Part shown: piece after piece, positions 238,950-248,000 of the stretch
How positions within the stretch are numbered: the stretch's first letter is position 1
Layout: each line of letters begins with the position of its first letter
Source of the DNA: Wallemia ichthyophaga EXF-994
Lineage: Eukaryota; Fungi; Basidiomycota
DNA: 248,000 bases
Reading direction: 5' to 3'
Assembly: GCF_000400465.1 (NCBI RefSeq)
Contig: NW_008806285.1
Location: forward strand, 20,001 to 268,000
Notes under the pieces: generated by a model
What the model saw: the letters and a program-made list of their open reading frames with translations, nothing else
Told to the model about the DNA's origin: nothing
The model's database searches: none
Translations under genes and position numbers: made by a program

Positions 238950-240143
238950 CTAATTATCTCTATTCCTGGCAGCTACGAATCTCTTAAGTACAACCTCCTT
239001 CACTCTATACTCGGCCAGCAGTTTAGCCGGGTCATCGAGGTTGCGAACCTTTTCTTGGGATGGTATTTGCACGTACGCGAGAATTAAAGTCTTTTTAGCT
239101 TGTCCATTCACCCTATTTATGGTGTTGAGCCACTGCCAGCTGAGCTTGTCCGAATTGTGCAGGTCAAATGGACTCGACTCTTTGTCTCGTTGATCCTCGT
239201 ATGTTGGACAAATGACGACAGCAAATTCTGCGTGGTGGAAGACTGGGCCACGCTTATAGAGCACAATGTCTACGCAGAACTTGATACCACTCTTTATCAC
239301 CCATCCTAGCGATCTGTAGTAGTGATAGATGGCATAATTGACTAGGAATGGGTTATCGAGGCGCTGCAGGCAAGTGTCTCTTGAATCCGGAGCGTTTTGA
239401 AGGAACATTGAAGCTAGTCTGCACTCCTTCCAGAGCTGATTGATGGGTATCACCGCGTCCGTGTATGGATCCACAATCTTCAGACAGCCAATCCCCCAAG
239501 CCAAGAAAAAGGCCTCTGGAAGAGTGAGTTGGAGATGCTCAGCATTGGACAAATCTTGTTGTTCTTCTTGTGTATCAGGCTCTAGAGGTTCCCACTTCGG
239601 TGGACTAGACGGCTCAATCGGATTAGAGCTTTTTTCATTTAAAGGCAGGTTATCGTTGTCATCTGCAGGCATTGGTGGAGACAGTTTTATACTATCAGAG
239701 CCCTCCAAAGCAGCCTCAGCGGCCAACTGAGCTTCAGATAAGACCTTTGCTCTTTCAATCTTCATTTTGTTCCTCTCTATACGTCTCTTGGAGGTAATTT
239801 CTTCAGCAGTTGGCTGTGGTTTGTCACCAACGGCCAATTTACGCTGACGGTCATTCCAAGTTGGCTCAGAGCGGCTAAGTGAACCTTTGCCAAAGAATCC
239901 TCTAGTCCAGAGCACTCTGACGTCTCTCTCGTTGATAACCCACACGGATTGGGTTTGCTTGATGTACACGCCCACGCATTGCGGATTAATTAGCGATTTC
240001 TGTCCAAATCTACTCAAACCGGCCAAGAAAGTCGACGGCCTCTGATCGATGAGAACTGGGAGTGGATTGGCGTATATTCTATTCTGATGCTGTTTTATTC
240101 TTTTATGCGCTGTATTGTTTCTTGGTGGTGGATTTGCAGCCAT
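238950..240143 (-). CDS. SEN2: tRNA-splicing endonuclease subunit Sen2
   Basis: GFFGKGSLSRSEP, EHLQLTLPEAFF, SGIKFCVD..LYKRGPVFHHA. Confidence 0.92.
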   Translation of the reverse strand: MAANPPPRNNTAHKRIKQHQNRIYANPLPVLIDQRPSTFLAGLSRFGQKSLINPQCVGVYIKQTQSVWVINERDVRVLWTRGFFGKGSLSRSEPTWNDRQRKLAVGDKPQPTAEEITSKRRIERNKMKIERAKVLSEAQLAAEAALEGSDSIKLSPPMPADDNDNLPLNEKSSNPIEPSSPPKWEPLEPDTQEEQQDLSNAEHLQLTLPEAFFLAWGIGCLKIVDPYTDAVIPINQLWKECRLASMFLQNAPDSRDTCLQRLDNPFLVNYAIYHYYRSLGWVIKSGIKFCVDIVLYKRGPVFHHAEFAVVICPTYEDQRDKESSPFDLHNSDKLSWQWLNTINRVNGQAKKTLILAYVQIPSQEKVRNLDDPAKLLAEYRVKEVVLKRFVAARNRDN

Positions 240144-240199
240144 TGTGATGGCGTCGTGGCTGTTTGGGTAGAAGCGATCGTTAAGAGTTATCAACCATG

Positions 240200-241099
240200 T
240201 CTTCTCTGTGTGAGTCTATGCTACCAGCGTACATCACAAGCATTTCTAATTCCTGGTACAGCTTCAGCGCCACCAAAATTACTAGCGCTGTACATAACAG
240301 TACCAATTGTTAGTTGTACCTTGGGTGATGATCTGATGATCTGCGCGAAATACTGACGCTACCACAAAGCTCGCATTCGGTATGGGATATTTGCTAGGCA
240401 GACCAAGTGGATCACAGCTGCGCACAACTACCGATTCGGAGGAAGAAGACAGTGACGATGAACCTCAGGAGGGGCTTGGATCGGTGAAGCCGAGTATTTT
240501 AGAGCCATGCAAGATGGTCAGTGGTGTTTTTATTATCGTTACTCCCTTTAACGTGATAATGCGACACAAAAGGTTTTAGTCGTTAGAACTGATTTAGGTA
240601 TGACCAAAGGCAAAATAGCAGCGCAATGCAGGTGAGATCGGATTATGAAGCTCGTTATATGCTTACATATCCAGCCACGCCACTTTGGCTTGCTACAAGG
240701 CACTCCAGCAGTCAAATCCAGCCGTAAGTGTGTTCTGAGGCGGCTGCAACGACCTGACAATCTAAAGCTGCTTCGTCACTGGGAGCGTACTGGGTGAGTT
240801 TGGAATATCTCTTGGCACTCCCAACTTGCTTAGATGACGATACAGCCAAGCAAAGATAACAGTACAAGCAAAGTCAGAAGAGGAGCTTATGATACTGCAA
240901 GCACAAGCACAGTCTGTGAATGTATGTGCAAAGACCATTCAGGATGCGTGAGTGCTTTGTTTATCGCGGTGATTGGTGGCTCACTAAGCACCACAGTGGG
241001 CGCACACAGATAGAAGCCGGATCAACTACAGTGCTAGGCGTTGGACCAGCACCTGTAGATCTTGTCAACGTGGTGACTTCCGAGCAGAAGCTGTTGTAG
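240200..241099 (+). CDS. PTH2: Peptidyl-tRNA hydrolase 2
   Basis: VVRTDLGMTKGKIAAQC, IQDAGRTQI; start approximate. Confidence 0.88.
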
Positions 241100-241236
241100 A
241101 ATGACCAAATGTGTTTTGTAAATCTTCCAAAGGAAAAGAAAGCAGCCAACAAATGCCAAGGATCAAATGGATGAAACTGAGTTTACAATCATGTACGTAA
241201 GTTGAGTAGATCGAAACCTGAGAAACGACGCTAAGT

Positions 241237-241622
241237 TTAATCAGCGTGAACATCACGGAGACGACGGATGGTGCTGTGAAAATGGTTAGCATATCATTGG
241301 AATCACTTAAGATCACTCCACCCACCTACGGACAGTGGTTGCTGCTGGAGTAGCCAAAGCATAGGCACCACCTGCAATAACCTTACGACAGGCCTTACAG
241401 TTCCAGATACCGGTAGCGGTACGCTTTACTGAATCTTTACCACAGAAGGTGCATGTGTAACGTGCGTGCTGTGAGATTTCCATCTTTTTTACTTGCTTAC
241501 GCAAGGAAGCACCATAGCGGACACCGTATTTTCCTGTGACACCGACCTTACGAGTACCTGTGGGCGTATACGATTTGAGTGGTTGCACTTAATTTAAATA
241601 TATTTCACTAACGCTTGACCAT
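241237..241622 (-). CDS. RPL43: 60S ribosomal protein eL43 (L37a)
   Basis: [24 protein letters not shown]. Confidence 0.96.
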
Positions 241623-242026
241623 TTTTGGAACCTGTGTGTACTTGAAAGACGAGTGCCCAATTCGAAATTTTACACTGAATGCGAGGATTTTTCGCAATAT
241701 AAAATTACCAAGAAAGTGCTGAAAAGGGAGCATCAAGGGGTTTTTAGGGGCGCTTGAGGTGCTTGGGATGGTCTACAGTCCACTCCAGCTGTCTTCTCTG
241801 TTGAAGTTTGTGACGTTGATTGAAGATTTGAACCTAGGCTAGAGCGCAGAAGGACAACTATATTGTGATATACGCGTCATGCTCCTTACTACACACATTC
241901 CCTTTGACTCCCTTGAAATTAAAAATTTTAGACAGATTTTAGCGGATTCTCGCATCTTGTCCTTCACGCTTAACGTCGACGAGATTTAAACCGCTTTACT
242001 TCAATAAAAGTAACTGCAATCTCACA

Positions 242027-243141
242027 ATGGGTGCCAACAAGATCGAGAAAGAGAACTACTTCAACCGTCTCCAAGAGCTCATTGAGACGTACCCATCCAT
242101 CTTCATTGTCAACATCGACAACGTGTCTTCCAACCAAATGCACCAGATCCGTCAAGCCCTCCGTGGCAAGGGTCAAGTGCTTATGGGTAAGAACACCATG
242201 GTCCGTAGAGCCTTGAAGATTTTCATCCAATCAAACCCACAATACGAGCGTCTTTTGACACACGTTAAGGGTAACATTGGTTACGTCTTCACCTCTGGCG
242301 ACTTAAAGGACATCAGGGACATCATTGTCGCCAACAAGGTCAGAGCCCCAGCCAGAGCTGGTCTCTACTCACCAGAAGATGTCTACATTCCTGCTGGTAA
242401 CACTGGTATGGAGCCAGGTAAGACTTCTTTCTTCCAAGCTCTCGGTGTCCCAACCAAGATTGCCCGTGGTACCATTGAAATCATCAGTGACATCAGAGTT
242501 GTTGAGAACAACACCCGTGTCGGTGCTTCTGAGGCTACTTTGCTCAACATGCTCAACATCTCTCCATTCACCTTCGGTATGACATGTGTGCAAGTTTACG
242601 ACAACGGTCAAATCTTCTCACCAACTGTTCTCGATGTCACTGAGGAGACTCTCATCGGCAGATTAATGACCGCTGGTAACCAAATCGCTGCCATCTCATT
242701 GGCCATCAACTACCCAACCTTGCCAGCAGCTATGCACTCGTTCATCAACTCATTCAAGAACATCATGGCTGTTTCTGTTGCAACTGACTACACTGTCAGC
242801 TACACTGAAAAGGTGAGTCTATTAAGCGCTCTATTCTTATGGCGGTCAGTTCTACGTGATGATTTCTTACTTATGTCAACACTGAAAATTCTTACACTGA
242901 AAAGTGGTGGTGAAAAACCAAGACGGGTCGCTGACTAGAACCCCGCCATGAGGAAGCGCGTGTGCTCATGCACTAACGCTAACACGATACACAGGTCAAG
243001 GACATGATCGCCAACCCAGATGCGTACGCTGCTGCTGCCCCAGCTGCTGCCACTGGTGGTGAAGCTGCCCCAGCTGCTGAGGAGAAGAAGGAGGAGGAAG
243101 AGGAAGAGGATGAAGACATGGGTCTCGGTCTCTTTGACTAA
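242027..243141 (+). CDS. RPP0: 60S acidic ribosomal protein P0
   Basis: [12 protein letters not shown], ends EDMGLGLFD. Confidence 0.96.
242839..242949 (+). ncRNA. Intron-encoded box C/D snoRNA
   Basis: Box C GTGATGA at 242856, box D CTGA at 242931, terminal stem, 12-nt guide CAAGACGGGTCG antisense to LSU rRNA CGACCCGTCTTG. Confidence 0.85.
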
Positions 243142-243285
243142 ACTGTTTGAAGAGCGTTTATTGTACTATGAATGTTTTGCTGCAGTAATGAAAAGTGTGC
243201 CCGGTTTTTTTTGTGTGTCCTAAACGTTGTATTTGTTAACAATCGAATCTCCACATTGTGCTGCCCTTGCTCACTATCAATCAGG

Positions 243286-244101
243286 ATGCCCAACCCCACG
243301 CAACAATCGTACCGAATCAGAAACTGGGAAATAAAGACGCAAAAGTCGACGATACCTTCAATGCCCGAAAGCGACGCCTTGGCTGCTGAACTCGGGATCC
243401 CAATACCAGAGATGACATTCCTATCGAGTGGAGTGGAGGTGCTAGACACAGATAGCGGATTTAAGTTAAGTTTCAATGCGCGTGATGCACTACGTGGAGT
243501 GAGCAAACAGAATGAATTGAGGGTATCTTACGCCGATCACTGGCGAAGCAGTCGACAACCGCACGAAGCATCCACCATACAGCCTAGTCAGCCATGGGAC
243601 TGGACTTACAGTACGACATACAGCGGCAGCACAGAAAGTGAAAGAGCACACTGGCAGCCCATCCCCACCACTACACCAGTCATTCCCATCGATAAACTCA
243701 GTGACACCACCCAGCCTATCCTCTTCTACGACGATGTGCAACTTTACGAAGACGAACTAGGCGACAACGGTCAAGTAGGTCTTAATGTGAAAATACGCGT
243801 TATGCCTTTCGCTTGGTTCATCCTTCAGCGCTTCTTCCTCCGTGTGGATGACGTCCTCTTTCGCATGTACGACGTGCGCGTTTATCACGATTTCAGCGGC
243901 AATGTCGTCTCGCGTGAGTGTGCGGGCTGGGAGGCGGGTTGGGAGGCTATGAAGCAGTGTCTGCCCCCTCATACACCTAACATTCTTTCAGATGAACCTG
244001 TCATCCAGGCAACGCTGCGCACTATGGAGAAATACAACACGCATACTAATTGCACGCAATGGAAGGGACTGGGGTGTGTGAAGGAGGTGTGTGAGTTGTG
244101 A
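243286..244101 (+). CDS. TIP41: TIP41/TIPRL PP2A regulator
   Basis: IPEMTF, WDWTYSTTYSG, LYEDELGDNG, RFFLRVDDV. Confidence 0.92.
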   Translation: MPNPTQQSYRIRNWEIKTQKSTIPSMPESDALAAELGIPIPEMTFLSSGVEVLDTDSGFKLSFNARDALRGVSKQNELRVSYADHWRSSRQPHEASTIQPSQPWDWTYSTTYSGSTESERAHWQPIPTTTPVIPIDKLSDTTQPILFYDDVQLYEDELGDNGQVGLNVKIRVMPFAWFILQRFFLRVDDVLFRMYDVRVYHDFSGNVVSRECAGWEAGWEAMKQCLPPHTPNILSDEPVIQATLRTMEKYNTHTNCTQWKGLGCVKEVCEL

Positions 244102-244254
244102 GTTGTGAGAGTTGAACGGTGATGGTATTCATGTTGATTGATTATGCGACTATTTAATACAAAGCTTGTAGAGCTTGAGTGTTTGTGGGTGTGTGAGGAG
244201 TGTTAGATGTGCAAGAGGTGTGCATACGCTTGTGTATTGCTTATAGATTTCACC

Positions 244255-245538
244255 CTACACCAACCCCTTTTCCTCAATCTTGGCAGCTGTAGCTTCGATC
244301 TGCGCCAGTGTGTTAGACAAGCACTCCATACCATAATACAATACGAAACCCACCAAAGAAGCGACCGATTTGATTTGTGCATCCCACCCATGTGTGTGTG
244401 GAGCATAAGCAGCTTCAAATTGTCTATCATCTTCCTGCGCAGCAGCCACATGCGCCGCACCACCCAAGTCGCCTTCGTGGGTAGCATGTGAAGGAGTGAA
244501 CACGATAACGGCATCGACCTGATCAATATAAGCTTCTAATCTCGACTGTACTATCATAGTGGATGCAATAGTTTCAGCACCGTAGGACGATAAATTGAGT
244601 AATGCACCTAGACGCGTGAAGGTGATGTTATCGAATATCTTACTAGCTGCCAACAAATTATGCTCAATCATCGCACGTTCGAGCACATTCGTAGGCGTAT
244701 GTTTTGCCCCTTGCTCGTCCACGTTATTGTGCGTGTAGCTGATCTGCGCTATTTGATGTGCAGATAGGTGTTCAGCAAAAGATGCTATGTCGTCTGCTGA
244801 TAAAATTCGCTCGAGGAATACCTTCTCGAGTATTATGTGGTGTTGTGTAGAACGACTCCTTTCGTCGCGGTAGAGTGATGCGAGGATGCGACTGCGTTTA
244901 GGACCAGCTGGTGCAAGTATAGCAGTAACTATCGCAGCCGAAAGAGAACTTAGTCTATCTTCATAATCGAGATCAGCTTCATAGCTCAGTTGCTGGAAGA
245001 TAGTGGCAGATCTTATAAAGTCGCGCTTGTAGTCGAGAATTCTAGCCTGACTCAGTTTGAAAGACAGGATAAGTGATTTATTCGTCGTGGTGTGTATCAC
245101 TGTCGCGGCCTTGTTGAGATAAGACTCGGAACTTATAGAGTCATCGACTTCCAAATACAGTCTGACAATCTTGATGTACGTGTCGAGCTTACTATCGATA
245201 CTCTCAAGTAAATCGAAGTTCAGCTTCGTTAATTCGTTCGCAGCGCTCGACAAATCGTCAGCGTTGAAGTACAAATCGGATGCTTGGATATGGAGCTGAT
245301 TGTTCAGATGATCGTAGAGGCTGTAATGGCTAAGAATATCACACGCAGAAGCGATATTCTTCACCAAGCCAGATTTGATGAGGTGCTCTGTACATTGTTC
245401 AACAACAGACTTCTTCTGAATGAGGTTGTAGTTTGAGCTGAGAATTGAGTTGAGCGTATCTGCGATGTTTCCATCCAACTGCTCAAATAGCAGAGTATAA
245501 TTTTTGGCGTCGATTATCTCCTCAATACTCGTCATCAT
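244255..245538 (-). CDS. CSN4: COP9 signalosome subunit 4
   Basis: QARILDYKRDF, ILAPAGPKRSR, EHNLLAAS (PCI). Confidence 0.9.
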   Translation of the reverse strand: MMTSIEEIIDAKNYTLLFEQLDGNIADTLNSILSSNYNLIQKKSVVEQCTEHLIKSGLVKNIASACDILSHYSLYDHLNNQLHIQASDLYFNADDLSSAANELTKLNFDLLESIDSKLDTYIKIVRLYLEVDDSISSESYLNKAATVIHTTTNKSLILSFKLSQARILDYKRDFIRSATIFQQLSYEADLDYEDRLSSLSAAIVTAILAPAGPKRSRILASLYRDERSRSTQHHIILEKVFLERILSADDIASFAEHLSAHQIAQISYTHNNVDEQGAKHTPTNVLERAMIEHNLLAASKIFDNITFTRLGALLNLSSYGAETIASTMIVQSRLEAYIDQVDAVIVFTPSHATHEGDLGGAAHVAAAQEDDRQFEAAYAPHTHGWDAQIKSVASLVGFVLYYGMECLSNTLAQIEATAAKIEEKGLV

Positions 245539-245561
245539 CGGTAGACCTAGAGAGAGGGAAA

Positions 245562-246110
245562 ATGACTTCAATTCAGAAAGCAATGGGTCTTGAATTTTTG
245601 AAGTACAAGGTTAGTAACCTCGAAGGCAGCGTGGAGTACAAGCAGAGCGTCGTTGTCGATGTTACAGCGCTGTTATATGGGATAGAGGTGCTGAAGCGGT
245701 GGATACATGATAAAACCCATGTAATTATGATACCACTGCACGCAATAAACAGCCTGGATGTGTTCAAGGGGATGGGTGATGACGATATCCAGTACAGATC
245801 CCGCAATGCATCTGCGTTTATCGAAAAGGAGTTGAAGAAGCAGACGATAAAGCTGCAGGAGTCTATCCCACTCACCAGCAACCACTACACAAACATAATA
245901 AATTCACTTAAACTGACTTCAAACGCGTCCAAGCTGGTCGTCGTTGGTACTGGCGCGGACGTGGACAGACTCAATACAGATGAAATCACACAGCACACGC
246001 AGCAATCTGGCTACGACGTCGACTTGCTTTTGCCTGCAGAAATTGAAGATGCTGCACTGTGGTCAAAACAGAGGAAATTGAAATATTTGAATAAAAGTAA
246101 GAAGAAGTAA
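245562..246110 (+). CDS. PIN-like domain protein
   Basis: VVVDVTALL...IMIPLHAINSLD...SRNASAFIE. Confidence 0.55.
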   Translation: MTSIQKAMGLEFLKYKVSNLEGSVEYKQSVVVDVTALLYGIEVLKRWIHDKTHVIMIPLHAINSLDVFKGMGDDDIQYRSRNASAFIEKELKKQTIKLQESIPLTSNHYTNIINSLKLTSNASKLVVVGTGADVDRLNTDEITQHTQQSGYDVDLLLPAEIEDAALWSKQRKLKYLNKSKKK

Positions 246111-246189
246111 GAGGTTAGGGTCTGAGGACTACGAAACAAGATGAATGAGTGTCCATCCGCACTCAAGATAATCACACCACAGCCACAGC

Positions 246190-246465
246190 GCACACTTTTA
246201 GATTAGAGGAGATTGATCTTGTGTATATCAATTAAGTTTAAAATGCAGGCACCTTTAAATACGGTTAGAGCGTCTACAGCGCAGCTATCCAACTCACCAA
246301 CAAATCACCAGCGACTCTGATAAAACCAATTGATCCAATGAAGAAGGCTGATCCCCATACGATTGGCATGTTCTCTGGTGCGAAAGATGACTTCAAGTAC
246401 TTCCTGATAGTCGACTCATTGGTTGCTCCTTCGCTTGTCGTGAGGTAGGCTGGCTTGTCACTCAT
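246190..246465 (-). CDS. Tom6-like small mitochondrial outer-membrane protein
   Basis: APENMPIVWGSAFFIGSIGFIRVAGDLLV; end approximate. Confidence 0.55.
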
Positions 246466-246560
246466 TTTGCGTTCTGGGAAGACGGACAGGGACAAACAGA
246501 CATATTCAAGATAACCGACGTAACAAAATATTATGACAAAAATTTAACAACAAAAACATT

Positions 246561-247320
246561 TTACAGCTTTTGCATAGCAGCAATATCAGTGGATTGGACG
246601 TGGTCCTCATCTGCCTCGACTTGCTCTTGGAGTTCTTCCAAACCGACCTTCTCGTCCTCAACGACGAGAGTAACTTGCAACTTGTTTACACCGTATCCAA
246701 CTGGGACAAGCTTGGAGAGACCCCAGGTAAGTCCATCAATCTCAATTGATCTCATGTTCTCCTCCAATTTCTTCATGTCTGTCTCGTTGTCCCATGGCTT
246801 CACGTCGAAGGTAACGACAGACTTCTGCACGGTCTTTGGCTTCTTTGACTTCTTCTCGTTGTACATAGCAACTCTCTCTGACTTGATACGCTCAGCTTCT
246901 GGGTCCTCATCGTCGGAGCCGAAGAGGTCAACGTCATCGTCCTCCTCCTTGGACTCGGCAGCTGGTGCTGGTGCTGCTGGTGCGCTACCTGCTGGGGCTG
247001 AGCCGTACAAGGAAGCAGCGAAAGCGCCACCGCCAAGAACATCAAATTGGTCCTTGAAGGTGCTGATGTGGTTGAACCATCTGCTGACGTTCTGGTATTG
247101 AGCTGGAGCGCTGCCTACTTGCTTGTAGACAAAGACGTCAGCTTGGGATGGGTTGTGTCTGGGGCTTGTTAGACGGGTGTAACGTGTGTAAGAGCGTATC
247201 AAGACAACAGCACACAATGCTCAGTAGTATTGGATTGTTTATCTGCATAAAAAGCGGGGTCTTAATCCGCACTAGGAAACACGGACCAATAGTAGAATCA
247301 TCATGTTGTGTGCTGTATGC
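246561..247320 (-). CDS. EFB1: Elongation factor 1-beta
   Basis: [29 protein letters not shown]. Confidence 0.94.
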
Positions 247321-247539
247321 CACGCTCTCCAGTTCTCCACTTACGCATCAACGTATGAGTTGTTTTGGAGGTGTTGATCGAGCTGCTTCAAATCAACCAT
247401 CTTGTTATTTGTCTGAATGAAGAGAGAGAAGCCAGCGCAATCGCGAAGACTACATGTTGGAAAAATTTCTGCAAGAATTAAAAATCTTTTTTGTGAAATG
247501 TTGAGCGAGAGTAGTGTAGCTTATAATAATAAGGTGTGT

Positions 247540-248000
247540 TTAATTCGTGCTTTCTGCCCAGCTAACGACGCAGCACTCGTTCGTCACTGGTGGCTCGCAA
247601 GGTCTAGGGATAGCGCTAGCCAGTGAGCTAGTGAATCGCGGGAGCAGTGTAACGATTTGTGCGCGCAACGAGTCCAAGCTTGCTGCCGCCGTTGCACAAA
247701 TCGAGGTGGGCAATGAGTGATGATATCGCGGGTGATATGCTCAACGCACAGCGCAGAAACACAGAAGCAATGACAATCAATTCATACACTACGTTTCTGC
247801 CGATCTGACAAAATATACGCAGGCTCTGCACGCTATAGAAAGAGCCACTGAGTTAGCATTAGCGACACAGAAGATGCCACCATCTCTCTTCTTCGCCTGC
247901 GCAGGATGCTCGACACCCGGCTGGTTTGCAGAGATGTCCATTGAGGAATTCGAGTGGGACATGCAGGCCAACTACTTCTCCGCATTGCATACTGCCAAGG
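247540..248000 (+). CDS. TSC10: SDR, 3-ketodihydrosphingosine reductase-like (truncated by window end)
   Basis: GGSQGLG..LA..LVNRG, ICARNESKL, CAGCSTPG. Confidence 0.75.

Overview
This is a very compact, intron-containing fungal chromosome segment. About 140 mostly housekeeping genes lie end to end with short (~40-60 nt) GT-AG introns. The gene content, compaction and acidic class I hydrophobin point to a basidiomycete, most likely Wallemia (inference, no database search). Gene calls come from recognising motifs in the translations, and the ends of multi-exon genes are approximate. The standout non-coding structure spans 196,318-202,317: two 1,885-bp near-perfect inverted arms around a 2,230-bp very AT-rich core, inside a broad low-GC trough. 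It is a candidate inverted-repeat regional centromere. Other highlights: (1) a protein carrying the bacterial RNase P (RnpA) RNR motif; (2) a U2 snRNA gene with compensatory stem IIa/IIc changes; (3) an intronic box C/D snoRNA in RPP0; (4) a three-copy decayed ~0.9-kb dispersed repeat; (5) several head-to-head gene pairs with only 12-28 bp between start codons; (6) an MCB-rich YCG1/DAM1 promoter; (7) a micro-exon SERF gene and a class II eIF4E that the ORF track misses or barely shows; (8) three CsbD/Hmp1-like paralogues. No tRNA, rRNA, CRISPR array or intact transposon could be supported.
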